Assembly (NCBI RefSeq): GCF_003704095.1 | Contig: NW_020843512.1 | Span: 1 to 64,000, forward strand | Origin: Pocillopora damicornis | Lineage: Eukaryota | Direction of reading: 5' to 3' | Length of the DNA: 64,000 bases | Shown here: positions 1 to 12,536 of the stretch, piece by piece | Numbering within the stretch: position 1 is the first letter of the stretch | Layout: every line of letters starts with the position of its first letter | The notes under the pieces: model-generated | What the model was told of the DNA's origin: nothing | The model's input: the letters and a program-made list of their open reading frames with translations, nothing else | The model's database searches: none | Translations under genes and position numbers: made by a program

Positions 1-1678
1 CATAGTATGAGAAAAACATGTATTTTTGGGTTTACATGCCCTTTAAGGTATTCGTTTGGTCACCATTGAATTAATCGATGAAACTTTCACTCATTTTATA
101 TCTGAATTCCCTCAAACAATTTGTTCGAAGTAAAAGAGCGAGCAAAGTTTTCAGTTCTACAACAAATATACGCTTTCGGTAAGTCTTTCCAAGTCTGTTC
201 AATTTGGACATTTGTACCGTAAATTGCACAACAGAAACTGAAGCAATTAAATTAGAAAAAGCTGCATAAATCCCCTTGTGTCTAATTGAAGTGTCTCATT
301 CGAATTTAGTTTTTGTGGAGGAAAGACCCGATTTACACACACCATTGCAGCAAAAAAACGAGCAAACTCTCACAACTTCAAAAGAAATCATTCGAATTTC
401 CTTTTAATTACTTTCCTTGCCATTTACTTACCGAACAGAGGTAAATCTTCGTACATTACTTAATCGCCGATGAGAGTTAATAATACTTTCTGACTGTTTT
501 TGAAAAAAACTTTGTCGTGACAGTCCTTGCCAAACGTAGCTCTGTTGTTTCATTCAAAAGTGCACATGTGTCAATCACAAATAATCCCTTTCAGTTTTTA
601 GAGTAAACAAAACATTGCGCAAGAATACTAAGCAAGAATAAATCGGAATTTTGACGCCTTTTTATTTTGTTCATTTGTTTTCAGTCTCAGAGAAACAACA
701 TATTATTATCTGCGGGCTCTCCTGCGGGTAAGATCGACTTTAGAAGTCGTAGAGTTCGCTTGAATATACATAATTTGGTCTTCTCAGCTAAATTGATGGT
801 GTGAATTGACCATCATATAGAATTTCTAAACGGTTTACGTTTAGACCGATGGCCCTTCGTCAGAACTTGAATAGGGTTCATTTACTCTTTGCCCCTCTGG
901 CAACGCCGAGATAACGAATCTTATGCAATACACCAGACTCCTAATTCGTTGTGACATACATAGAAAGAATAATTACCTTAGTTTCCCAAAATATCGTTGG
1001 CACAGCAAATACACCTTATTTCTTCTTTCTCCAGGTANNNNNNNNNNNNNNNNNNNNNNNNNNNNNNNNNNNNNNNNNNNNNNNNNNNNNNNNNNNNNNN
1101 NNNNNNNNNNNNNNNNNNNNNNNNNNNNNNNNNNNNNCAGCTAAAATCGACCTGCTACAGTCGAAAAACCTAGAATAAAAAATCTAAATGAGGAAGAACA
1201 ACACTCGTCTCTAAAGCCTAGATCATTTCCACATTGTCACTACGTAAACCTAACCTGACGGACGATAAAGCTTTATTTGAAGCAAACAAAAGATCTTCGT
1301 TTTCAACCAGCATTAGCAGCCTGTGATATATAACAAATTTAATACGTTCAGCAATTCCTGCTTAGAAACTTTTGCGGGGGCTTTTCCTTGCCCCCTAAAA
1401 TTTTTGTTTGAGGGAGGGGGTTACAGTCATTCCTATCCTTCCTTGAGCTCCCCCCCCCCCTCACCGATCAAAGTGAGTCAATCAATTAATAAAATTGTGT
1501 TTTCCTGACCAAGATAAAAGGGTATTACCCTTAAATTGAGACCATGATCCTGTGACAAGCAACTGATCGAGAAAAACACTGAAATATGGGCCAAGTGTCT
1601 AAAGCCATCGTTAAAGATGCAAGTCAAACTGCGTTGATTCAATGTACATAACCCAATCAATATAGAACTTTTTAGCAA

Positions 1679-2674
1679 TTACAAGCTGGTTCCAGGTCTA
1701 AAGTAGACAAACTTAATGCTATCCCGCTTGACTGCACTTTGTATGTCTCTGAGTGCCTTTTGAAGGACGTGAACGAAAATTGCTTCAACTTCTGCTGACC
1801 TGGGTTTTTCAAACATATGTAATATCTGCGAAAGGATTCCAAATACCCTCTGGGATGGTTTGCGCTGCATACAAGTAAGTTGTTCTGTTGTGCCCAGGAT
1901 GTGGCAGGCAGTCTTTTCCACGTTAGTAGTTGATACGGGCAAGGTAATCGTCTCGGGATCTGTCCGAGTCCGTTTGGCAGTACTCCTTCCTTGGGATTCT
2001 TTCATAGGCCGGTGAGCAGATTCATCTGTTGACGTAAACTGTTCATAATAATTAAGAAAGATAGGGTCTTGATTAGATTCTGTACTATGTATCATTTTGG
2101 GATTAGAGGGCTCTTTGAAAGTAGCACCTCCCCTATCAAATAAGGTGTCGTACTCAGGGGGCTCTCGTTGGTGTTTTCTTGCCTCCTCGGCTGGTATCTG
2201 TCGAAGAAACTGAACATCGTCTTTTGAAGAGTAAGAGGGCAGCGGGTGTGTCTGTGTGGAAACCTGACAATCCTCTCGAGCGGTGTAAGATGGCGAAGAA
2301 TTCTGCTGATCAATCTTATAAAAATCTCGGTTAAAACCAGGATGAGGTCCAAAGTCAGCCATCTGTCCCTCAAGGATCCTCTCAAACTCCTGAATGTCAT
2401 CTAGCAGCTGTTTTTCTGCATCGTGGTCCAGAATGGCTTGATTCAGGGACATCAGCTTGTCTCGATCATTATTCTTTCGGATGTTCACAGCTACGTCCGA
2501 AGGAGCCATGTCCCTGCCGGTGCAATTTCTTTGTTTGTCTTTTTGAAGTGTATTGGTATGCCTAGTTTGCAGCTTAAAGTTCACGCATTGTGGCAGAACA
2601 CACAGAGTGTCTGAACAATTCTTTCCATGAAAAGCATTATCAAAGCTCTTTTGAAACGTTAGTGTATGCTGCAT
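1679..2674 (-). CDS. TAZ-zinc-site + NCBD-like ('mini-CBP') family protein, copy 1 (about 331 aa; ORF is open up to 2800)
   Basis: Long open frame. It has an HCCC motif HGKNCSDTLCVLPQCVNFK (2629-2585) and a C-terminal ILSQILHMFEKPRSAEVEAIFVHVLQKALRDI shared with the other paralogs. The start is placed at ATG 2674 because the upstream hydrophobic stretch is a pyrimidine tract ending in TAG (2718-2720), i.e. a likely splice acceptor. Confidence 0.8.
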   Translation of the reverse strand: MQHTLTFQKSFDNAFHGKNCSDTLCVLPQCVNFKLQTRHTNTLQKDKQRNCTGRDMAPSDVAVNIRKNNDRDKLMSLNQAILDHDAEKQLLDDIQEFERILEGQMADFGPHPGFNRDFYKIDQQNSSPSYTAREDCQVSTQTHPLPSYSSKDDVQFLRQIPAEEARKHQREPPEYDTLFDRGGATFKEPSNPKMIHSTESNQDPIFLNYYEQFTSTDESAHRPMKESQGRSTAKRTRTDPETITLPVSTTNVEKTACHILGTTEQLTCMQRKPSQRVFGILSQILHMFEKPRSAEVEAIFVHVLQKALRDIQSAVKRDSIKFVYFRPGTSL

Positions 2675-4352
2675 AACCTCGGAAGGGTATTGAAGTCGGT
2701 TTATGTTGGTGAAATATCTATAGCAGAAAAACAAAAATACCATAAGGAGGAATATCCGTATGAACTTTAGCCCCTTAATTGCTAAGAGAGTGACCAGCAT
2801 CTAGTTTCTCCTTACAATATCAGTCCTGAATCACACATTAAGTCACGAGAATTAAGTAAATTATCGTCAACAAAAGAGGCTCTGAATTGCTCGCCAATTC
2901 TCCTTGTCAGCACCTTAGGAAATGTAAAGGGAACAGTCTGGAGAGAGTGGATGCTGATGTTAGGGTGTAAAGGTTTAAATAGTACAATCATCTCCATGCC
3001 ACGAGTGCAAAAGCACGTTCATGCTTACGAACCGAGCTGATTGCTTTCAATTTTCGCAGTTGATTAACAGTGCGAGAGAAACATGGAGGTATATTGTTTA
3101 ATTATTATGTAAATGATGAAAGGAAGTTCAAAATAATTTCACCGAGGGGCCACACAATCGAGCGAACTTATTTGTGAAAGAGAATGCAAAACAGTTTGTT
3201 CACGAAAAAAACTGGATCATTTTCTGCACTTTCATTAATTAATTTATTCTGACTTACGATATGACTGTAAAAAAAGAGGGAAGAAAGGTTGTCGTGGTCA
3301 CCTCTTCCATTAACAACCACAAGCGACCTATTATGGTCAAATCTATACAATCAATTTTGCCTCCAGCAAATTGTGGTCATGTTAATCTAAATTCTATTTT
3401 ATGATCTGTTCCAAATTGCATGTTTAGACACAAGTTATAGTCCATGTTTTACGAAAGCAAGTTCGTCAAAACTTTTGGAATTGTTTCCGTTTATAGTGCA
3501 AAGACCTTAACAAATTGTGTCTTGTAAATATGTTTTACAAGCCAGAAGATCAATTACATGCGGTCGAAGTTAATCAAACGAGTGGGAAACGACAAGAGTA
3601 ATGCAGGAAAAGGAACATGCTGAATCAGCCGAAAGAAGGAGAAGAGGAATCGAACCTTCTACTTGACATGTTTCTAATAAACATAGTTCCTATCCAACCA
3701 AAGTTCGATGACGTTAACATTGATAACTAAACACTGATCACACGTTAACACTTTTGAGTAAAAAACAAGATCTGCTCTCCGCAAAACCATTCCCATCGCC
3801 TCTCTTGACTTAAAAGGACGAGGACAGTTGACCGCGTAGTAGCCTACATTGACGCAATGTAAAATAGAATATTAATTACCTCGTGTCTTCGTGTTTGAAA
3901 ATGTCTCTATTTCTGATGCGCGTACTCCTGATAAAGTTTAAAGACTACGGAGACCACAAGCACATGATAGAACCGCCTACTCTGAGTTTACTCCGTTGAA
4001 TTTACCGCCTTTATAATAAACGATTTTACAAATTATATTTTGAACTTTCTAGAACATAATGACGAGCGTTTACGAAGGAGAATCCCGAACGGTGCCGACG
4101 CCTTAAGATATTGTGAAGTGGAGCTTCGAGAAAAATCGGTTTATGCAAATTACTTTGCCGTGGTTTCCGAAGAAAGAGGAAGATAGAACAATATTGTGTT
4201 CAATAGGAAATAAGCAAACCAAACTTAACTTAAGCAGTTATAGGGCATCCAGTTGCGGTTCATAAATCGATTAGGAAAAGCAGAAACCAAATGTAAACAC
4301 CAATTCTCTAAACAAACAAGGAAAAATATGTTTAAAAATAGCTAGAACTTGG

Positions 4353-4549
4353 TGACGTCAAGAATTCAACAATGATCCTCCCTGAACTAACCCAGCCGTG
4401 TAAAATCCAAATACGAAATATTTGTTTATTGTTTGATGTATCAAAGAGGGAAAAAATTCCAAATCCATGGGGAATTTCAAGTCCGTTGAGTGACATCAAG
4501 TTTTTTCGGTGTGCAATATTATATGCAAATTTTAATTGCGTGACGTGAC
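4353..4549. promoter_or_regulatory. Motif cluster upstream of copy 1: CRE, kB-like, octamer
   Basis: TGACGTCA 4353-4360, GGGGAATTTC 4469-4478, TGACATCA 4491-4498, ATGCAAAT 4523-4530, TGCGTGACGTGAC 4537-4549. Motif matches only. Confidence 0.35.
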
Positions 4550-7500
4550 AAATAGATCTGACTTGATTGAAAAAAACAAGCGCACGTTATGATCTAATGA
4601 ATACACCTAATTGACTTAAACGCTTTTAAAGTGTATTTTTTTAAACATGGAGAACAAAACGCGTTTTCAAATTTCACGCGATCAATCATCATCAATAAGC
4701 AATCGATTATCATCACTAAGTTCTAATGTCTCTCTTCGTGTTACTTGCGTCATGTCGTTGCGGAAATGTTTCGCGGTAACATTTACGTGGGCAGATCTCG
4801 GGGAACTTACGACTATTCCCGAGCACTTGAAAACATTTCAAGTGAAAATTAACAAAAGGGTTTGTCTATGAAAATACCTACGTAAGCAGAACTCGTGGGG
4901 CCACGACGACAACGGCCCGAGCACTTCCGAAGTACCTCTCGACTCAGAGTGATATAACCGAAAGTAACGAAGTTCAACTTGTAACACAATATCTGTGACG
5001 TGTTTTAATTCGTAAGCCTGTCTGCTTTGAAAACCTACACGTGGCGCTTGATAAACTGTATATAGGCTAAGGTTATGAATAACAAATATTCATAATAGCA
5101 CTGTAGAACTCCTCGACAACCCACCTGAAAACTTTGAATTCTTATAATCCTTCTATAAAAATCTCTTACAAAAGCGGAAAAAAAAACACGAAGAATCAAT
5201 AACACTGTAACAAGTTCCACCTCAAAAAACGGGAAATGTATCTTCAACATATCATCGCCCACGCCACGAGACTACATACACCTTAAACTCGTTGTTTTAC
5301 TCTTTATAAAATCAATTCGCACCCACGCATGAGACATGCCAAAAACTGCGGAAAAAACAGTATATTTGCTTCATTACGGTCGGGTGAAGATGAAGTTCAA
5401 ACGTGATAATCGTATTTCTTCAGTAAACACTTTCTAAAACTTTTACTTTGCGTCCAGTTTAGTATATGGTTTAACACATAAGCAAACCCAAAAAGTTGAG
5501 ACGGTTTCAGTTAATTTCATAGCATGTTACTGATACCGATGTAAAAAAAGAGAAGACGTTCAAACGTACAAATAAACACCCACGCTTGTACAAGTCCTAT
5601 ATGAAAAACCAAGATTAAGAAAATGATAAAAAGTTGCAAGTTAACTGTCAGTTAAAGGTTTCAGGGATTGAGATAAAAAAAAAAAAAAAAAAAAACAGAA
5701 GAACAAAAACTTATCAACCTTATATCAGTCATGACAGTTGCTGTTTGCGAGCAGACGTTTGTTATACTTAAACCTAAGCCGAAAAAACTTATTCATTATT
5801 ACAAGTGGATTAGCGGAAGTAGATTTCACTGAAACAACAAATACAACGGAAACAGAGACTTGGAGCGAACCCTCGCAATATCCAGACCCCAAGCCGACAA
5901 AGGCGCAAAAATACTGTATTCTTACGAAGGACATTGGCAGTGTAATGCTCCATAATTAATTCCGATGAAATAGTGGTATAACGGTATAACGTAGCTTCAG
6001 AAATGCGATGTGACTTATGTGAATTAACTAAGCTGTAACTTACGACACTTACTTTTATTTTCGAGAATGTCTTTTTTAATAACCTAGCTTATCATTGTTA
6101 ATTTCCTACTGGTTCTGCGCTAATGGTATCCTAACTGACGTTCTTTGAATTATTGAGCAATCTTCCCACGTTATACGAACAATACACTACATGGATGTCT
6201 CAGCGTAAAATTTATCTGAATTGCCGAATTTTCTACTACGAGTTTTTGTGCTTTCGTTGGCCAGTAAAAACAACAAACTTTCAGAGGCTTAATAAAAATT
6301 AGTCAAAAATGTTACTCTGTTATCCTAACTTTAATTATCATTGTTGATATGATTATTTAATATAAATCTAAACATTATTGAATATTCTGCAATTTTTCAG
6401 TCTCTGTCTGTATTATTAGTTTTATAATTCATTGTCATAGTTATCGTAAGAATTAATGGCCATAAGTTATTTCACCGATGATAACAATCTCTAAATCGAA
6501 CTCCGTCCACGAGGCATACCAGGCATCTAGAAGAAAAACACTTGAAATCGTTCACTTGAAAATTTAAATGACAAAACCTATCGAGACAGGAACACTCCAC
6601 TCAGTCGGTATTAAACACGCTGGGATCGGATGGGTGACTCTCTATACTCTCCTTAAAGTTTGATATTAGTGAGACAAGGAAACCCTGGAAGACTAAACTT
6701 GTCATCTTTATCATAATACCCATCTTTTAAACAGAAGCGCAAAAATACAATCGACTCTTGTTTTGACCAGTTGTATGAATATTTAATGAGTCGTGTAATT
6801 CAGGTCGATTTTTTGCCTTAGGGTATTTTGATAGTGCTTGGTAATCATACACTTTGATGAACTGTGCATGCGTGCGTGTCGGTACACGTTGCTTGAGATA
6901 AAGAAGGTTGTATCATCGAANNNNNNNNNNCCCCCGGACTGTAGTCTCAATCCTAGGAAGTATGATCAAGATGTCGTTGATATATGACTTGCCATTTTCA
7001 GGTAACTCGCAGCCTTACAACAGAAGACTTGCCCTCTAGTGCGTGACGGTTATAAGCGGGGGCGGTTTCCGGATTATAATACGATACAACGATTTAACGG
7101 TCGGTGCGCATTTCTCGCATATCGGTTGCGTGCAGATGAAAACCCTGAGGCCATTTGTGAATCAAAAACAAAACAGCTATTAGCGACGTCAAACTGAGCT
7201 CAGCAACACCGAAAACTGCTTGATTGCTCAATACATCCGTTGAATTAAAGTTTTGAATCGTTTCTTAAAGAGAGGCTTGATCATTAATTTCTAAGTAATC
7301 AAAAGCTCAACTAATTTTCAAGTTTGCCACGAAAATAAACTATGCTTAAGGATGTAAGGCAAGAGTCGCCGAGGGGAAGTTGAACGGTTCGACTTGGAAA
7401 TTTATGTAGCTTTCTTAACTCAAATAATCTAAACCGTCCGAGTGAGCCAATCATAAAGTCAGGAATAGATGACCCACAAAACACCTTATTGGAAGTCATT

Positions 7501-8584
7501 TTTCGATTTGAGAAGTAGATTCATCGGTCAATTCGACATTTCAGTAAGCTTGAGCATCCATGGAAGACCAAAAGCTGGTATTTGTATGTGTGAGAGCTGA
7601 TTAGAGAGCAGCTTCAAATCCCATTCGGCTGCAGCCATCCTGTTTTCTGCTGCCTCTGATTGTTCCAATGCGATGAAATTGGTTGAGAAAAAAAAGATAC
7701 CAATTCTAAAATAGCAAAAGAAAAATAATGTTTAATTCTGGAGATCCAGCTCTCAAGTAATTAATAAAGAGGAGGAAATAACAGGTGCACCGTTAGAGTT
7801 TATAGGGCATGGATAATTCCTTTCACGAAAGCCAACTTAGCCCGGTGCTGCTTGGGAAACCATGTAAATTACGATATTTTTGTGTCAATTCGGAAACTAG
7901 AAACAAAAGTTACATGCTACGACTTATGTATTCAAAAGCTCATGGAAGGAAATGCGTCACGTTATGGCAACGAGCTTTGTTTTTGATTGAAAATGCGTAG
8001 CCATGTGGAAGTGCTTTAAAGTAAACTCGGAAACACTAACGAGTCTTTGTGGCGGTTTCACAATGTTTCAAACGAACTTATTGATAAGTACGGGGGCGGT
8101 TTTATCATTGTAACAAAACAACGTCATTGTGCCCAGAATTTTCGTTATCGACCGGGGATAAATTGCCTTTAATATAAAGACAAGTGTAAAAAGAGGAATC
8201 TTGAGAGGTTTTGCTTCTACGACGTTTTCCCTTTTGGCCAGTTGTTAATCACGTGTCTACAGGTTGGTCAGAAACTTTCCAACTCTATACACTTAGGACT
8301 TAATTGCTAGTATGTTTGTGAGTTTACTGATGATCTGTTTATGTGCGTTGTAATTGTATCACTTTTAGAAAATATTTATCAGTTTTCACATTTGCGCTAT
8401 TTATCTCCGAAAGATGGTACAAACTGTTTGGACGTTAAATTGGAGCAGATTAGATTAGGATTCAACCACAAAAAGGCTTTAATTCTACTAAGATACTGTT
8501 CTAAATTGTGCTACTATGATAATCTTCTCTATAATAACAAGAAGAAAAACAAAAAGAAGTTAAATTATATAAATAACATTTATG

Positions 8585-8588
<4 letters not shown>

Positions 8589-8620
<32 letters not shown>
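8589..8620. repeat. (TA)n microsatellite
   Basis: Perfect TA run. Confidence 0.95.
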
Positions 8621-8625
<5 letters not shown>

Positions 8626-8659
8626 TATTAAACATTAGACATTTAACATTAACATTAAA

Positions 8660-8700
8660 CCCCTGAAGAGTGAAGCGATTCACGAAACAGGCTTGTCGGG
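8660..8700 (+). ncRNA. Minimal type I hammerhead ribozyme (Penelope/retrozyme type)
   Basis: CCC-CTGAAGA-GTGAA-gcga-TTCAC-GAA-ACAGGCTTGT-C-GGG. Intact CUGANGA and GAAA cores, 5-bp stem II with GNRA-like loop, self-complementary stem III, GUC cleavage triplet and 3-bp stem I. Confidence 0.75.
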
Positions 8701-8796
8701 ATATGTAGTTGCGTCGTTTTTTCCTCTCATAATATTTATTCTGCTCTGCTTCAACGTATTGAGCACTGTTCCACGCGAAAATCGACTTGCAGACTT

Positions 8797-8798
<2 letters not shown>

Positions 8799-8846
<48 letters not shown>
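8799..8846. repeat. (TA)n microsatellite
   Basis: Perfect TA run. Confidence 0.95.
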
Positions 8847-8849
<3 letters not shown>

Positions 8850-11800
8850 AATTGGATACTTTCCTTTATAAACTTAAAAGACGGAGAGTTTACACTTTAT
8901 CTTGAGCAGATACATCTTCAAATACAAAATGTGCAGTCGTAACTTATGGATAATTTAGGCCTCGTGTGGAACGTAATTATTTTATATTATTGTCAGTTCG
9001 GTGAGTCACTTTACTTCCAGAAATTAAGCTCCTGGAGTATAGTGCATTGCAATTCAAAGCCGAAGAGTTATTTAAAAGAGACGTTTCAAAATGGTCATCA
9101 AAACAGGTTTTTAAAGATATTCTTCTGTTATTTTGACCCCTTCGGTAAATTGCTGAGGTGAATGAATTCTTAACTTAATTGTTTTCCTGAAGTTTTTTTA
9201 AACAAGTAATTTTACTGGGGGGTTTTTTGTAGTCCTTAGTCGTGCATCAGGAATGCAGTTGATCGATGAATAACTTTCACACACGAATTGACTCTACTTT
9301 TGTCCCAGATTTGATCTTCCAAAGAATAAATAGCTTTATTGACTTCAAACGTAGATGCAACCGTCCGGAATTGGATCAACGTCATGTGTATTTCTTTTAA
9401 AAATGACTGAAAGCCAATTATGAAACCTCAAAATAAAAAAAACAATTGTTTAAGCAGTGACGCAGCAATATCGAAGCGTGCGAAATTAAACGTTAACACC
9501 TCACAACTTGCTAGGCAGAACTTCTCGTATGTGCTCGTATTTCTCAGTCATAGTATTCTCAAACGAAACTCATATTTACCCTGCAACCGATAAGAACTTG
9601 TGGCAAGTAAATGTTGCGACTGACTTGTCCTACAGAATAACGTTGTTGATGTGCTACCCACCAGTGAAAGGAACTAAGGTCTACCCGGACATGCACCTCT
9701 TTATACATTTAAGAAATGATGTCCGTACAATTCATACTCAGAGCTACGCCCTACGTTATTGGCCGGGAATACTAGTTATAACAAAATATTTAATACTAAC
9801 AAGTGTACAATAATTATTACGACATCACTGTCCATTACCTCTCAAGCGAGATAAAGCTAAACCTGTATCAGATTGTATCTAGAACAGTGTCTTATATACT
9901 ACGAAGACTCTTCCATGATCTTTCACCCAGTGTTAGTATAGCTGAACACTGACTGCGTATAACGAAGCACTTACTGACTTCCAAGCACGGTAGAAAACTA
10001 ATATAGATCGATTTCGATTTGTGATTCGAATTAGCCATCGAGAAGTTTCTCATTCGATCTTTGTAACGGTATCATGTAAAATGATTCTCCACAAAGCATG
10101 AGCTTTGTAGATTAAAGTAAACTTGCACATAAGCAACACTGAGCTAAGGAAGCAAAGATCGGTATGAAATCGAACTTAACTGCTCAAGTGCCTTGCAATA
10201 GAAAAATCACACATACTGCGAGAGACATCAATGCGCGAGGAGATTTTTGTATTAATCGTTTTAAAGCTCGGTATAGTAAGTTGGGGTATCCTAGAAAAAT
10301 CCAGTCGTCATACAAGTTCATAAGTCTTGGTTGCTGATAGGGTGTTAAATTGACAAAGTTTTGAGGCTTGAGAATTAACGAGGGCTGGTGATGTCGTGGC
10401 TGATGATGCTAGGTGGCTCGAAAACAACAAGGCTTTCTGAAACTGATCAACCGCCTGACAATGTGCGTGCTTCAAAGTGCGTTGCTACATACATTGACTC
10501 TTACCTGAGCAAGTCGGATGTATCACATCTAGCATAAGGCTTTAGAACTGGAAAAAATTAGAAAGTAATTGAGTGAACACCCTTCGCCTCGACGAAGTTC
10601 ACCACAAGACCAGAGTATACATCCATCTCGATTTTCCATCGTCCAAAATCCTTGACAGTTTCTACCGTAAATAGGCTCAAATAAAATGACGTCCCCGGCT
10701 CTTTAATAAGATAACAAGGTCATGAATTCCTGGCCAACTCCTCAAACTTTGATAAGGATTCTGCGAGTCAAGTCAACGTTCGCAGCTGCTCAGGCTTTTG
10801 ATCGAAGTAGTCGGTACATCATAGATAGTCATCGAATAAGGTTTTGGTCCATGCCCAGTAATGTTTCTTCTTTGGACGAACAAATTCTTTCACATGTCCA
10901 TATGTGTATTCCAGTGTTGTTTCATTTCTTTCAAAAGTCTTATGAATCATGTTAAAAGAATAGACGATAACGGAAAAAAAATTAAAACGTCGGCGAATAT
11001 GCAGAATATATGTATATATGCGAATATGCTGGTCAGGAATTTTGCCATCATGGCTTCCTAAACTAAGACCATGGCCGAAAAGGGTAATGGGTAGACAGTT
11101 TCCTTCAAAATGTAAACGATGCAGCTGTTTCTCTGTGAATTGATGGTTCAAACTTTTTCGCAACCAACTCTTTTTTTTAAGTCATTCATGCCAGATATTT
11201 TGATATTTGACAAGTCCGTGCTTCTGCCACCTTACCACGGGGCGCGATATGGCACAAAGATTAAGCAATCCTTCGAACAAGTTCCAAATCTTGCTCTCTA
11301 CAGGGGGTGCAAAACACGATGTTAGGCCAGTACGCTTCGTGATGGACAATATTTTAAAACTGTCGGTTTTGTTTCCTTTGGACGGAAATAAGCACGAAAG
11401 ACAACTAAATTTAAAATCTTTACTTTATGGCTAACACAAGTAAATTTATGTAAATGAATTTTTGTTGCATTTACGTTTAAATTTTTAGGTTATAAGATGT
11501 CACTGACGCTTTTGATTAACAGAAGACGAAAACATACAGTACGCATCGAGCCTAATGTTTCTTTAAATTTAATAAACTAGCCTCTTTAACGAAGCTGATC
11601 GCGTGAACAGCTCTACTTATTGAGATGATCTTAAACACCAGGAAAAAAACTGCACATAACCTCTGGGCGATCTTACATGATTAATGCAACACAGGTTAAA
11701 TTCATAAAAGAGAAGTAAAAGCTCATTTGATGGTTAAAACCCAAAGCTTTAGCGCGGTCTTTTTGATGGGTTCACCCGGAAGGAAGGAAGGAAGGTCAGA

Positions 11801-12536
11801 CGCACACCAGAGAGGGTTGGTCACGCACCAATTTTTAATTATTTGATAACATCTTTAAAATACTTGCCTGATTGATGAACGGAAATTTCTTTTCCCAATC
11901 AACTTTACGTTATGCACGCGATTGCCAAGATGTTGACACCTAACAAGCTTTTACCGCGATCGATGAGACCTGGCTTTATGGGTCACATGTACGTCATAAC
12001 CACCATTAGTTGCACGTGGTGAATGATGGAAGCTATCTAAGCTTTCCTGAAAAAGAAAAAGGATTATTAATGAAAAATAATCAATATAAATAACGAATAA
12101 GGAAATCACTGATTATGTATCTGTGTGAACGTTTCCCGTCAAGCCATCGGATCTCACTGTCAATGGATCACGCTTTTAGGTATAAACCTTTTAGCAATCG
12201 AGCGAGTATAATCAGAACTAATCAAAGCCAACTCCTCTTCGTATTGCAAACTCTGCACTTCAAGGATGGTACAAAATATTTGTCCTGTTCGACACAGGCA
12301 AAACTGATCGTTCATATGTGGGAAAAGTTTTTGATAAGTATGTTTAGGGTTTGTGAGTATAAGCTCTTTTGGTTTGTATGTTTATTTTCAATGAGTGAGC
12401 CTGACAGAGGATTCGCTGCGCTGCGTAAATTGGCAACGCTGTGGCAAACATATCTGTGCATACAGATCTTTTAAAGATTTAGGCATGAAATAATTACGTC
12501 TGTGTGTTCTCATTGCAGAAAAGGAAAGAAATCAAA

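Noticed and set aside
2675-2800. Apparent N-terminal transmembrane/signal segment of copy 1
   Set aside because: It coincides with a T-rich splice-acceptor tract and has no counterpart in paralogs; likely intronic.
10300-11400. Coding-like minus-strand stretch including ORF 10819-11163
   Set aside because: Multiple stops and no recognisable domain; may be an old pseudogene but cannot be supported.
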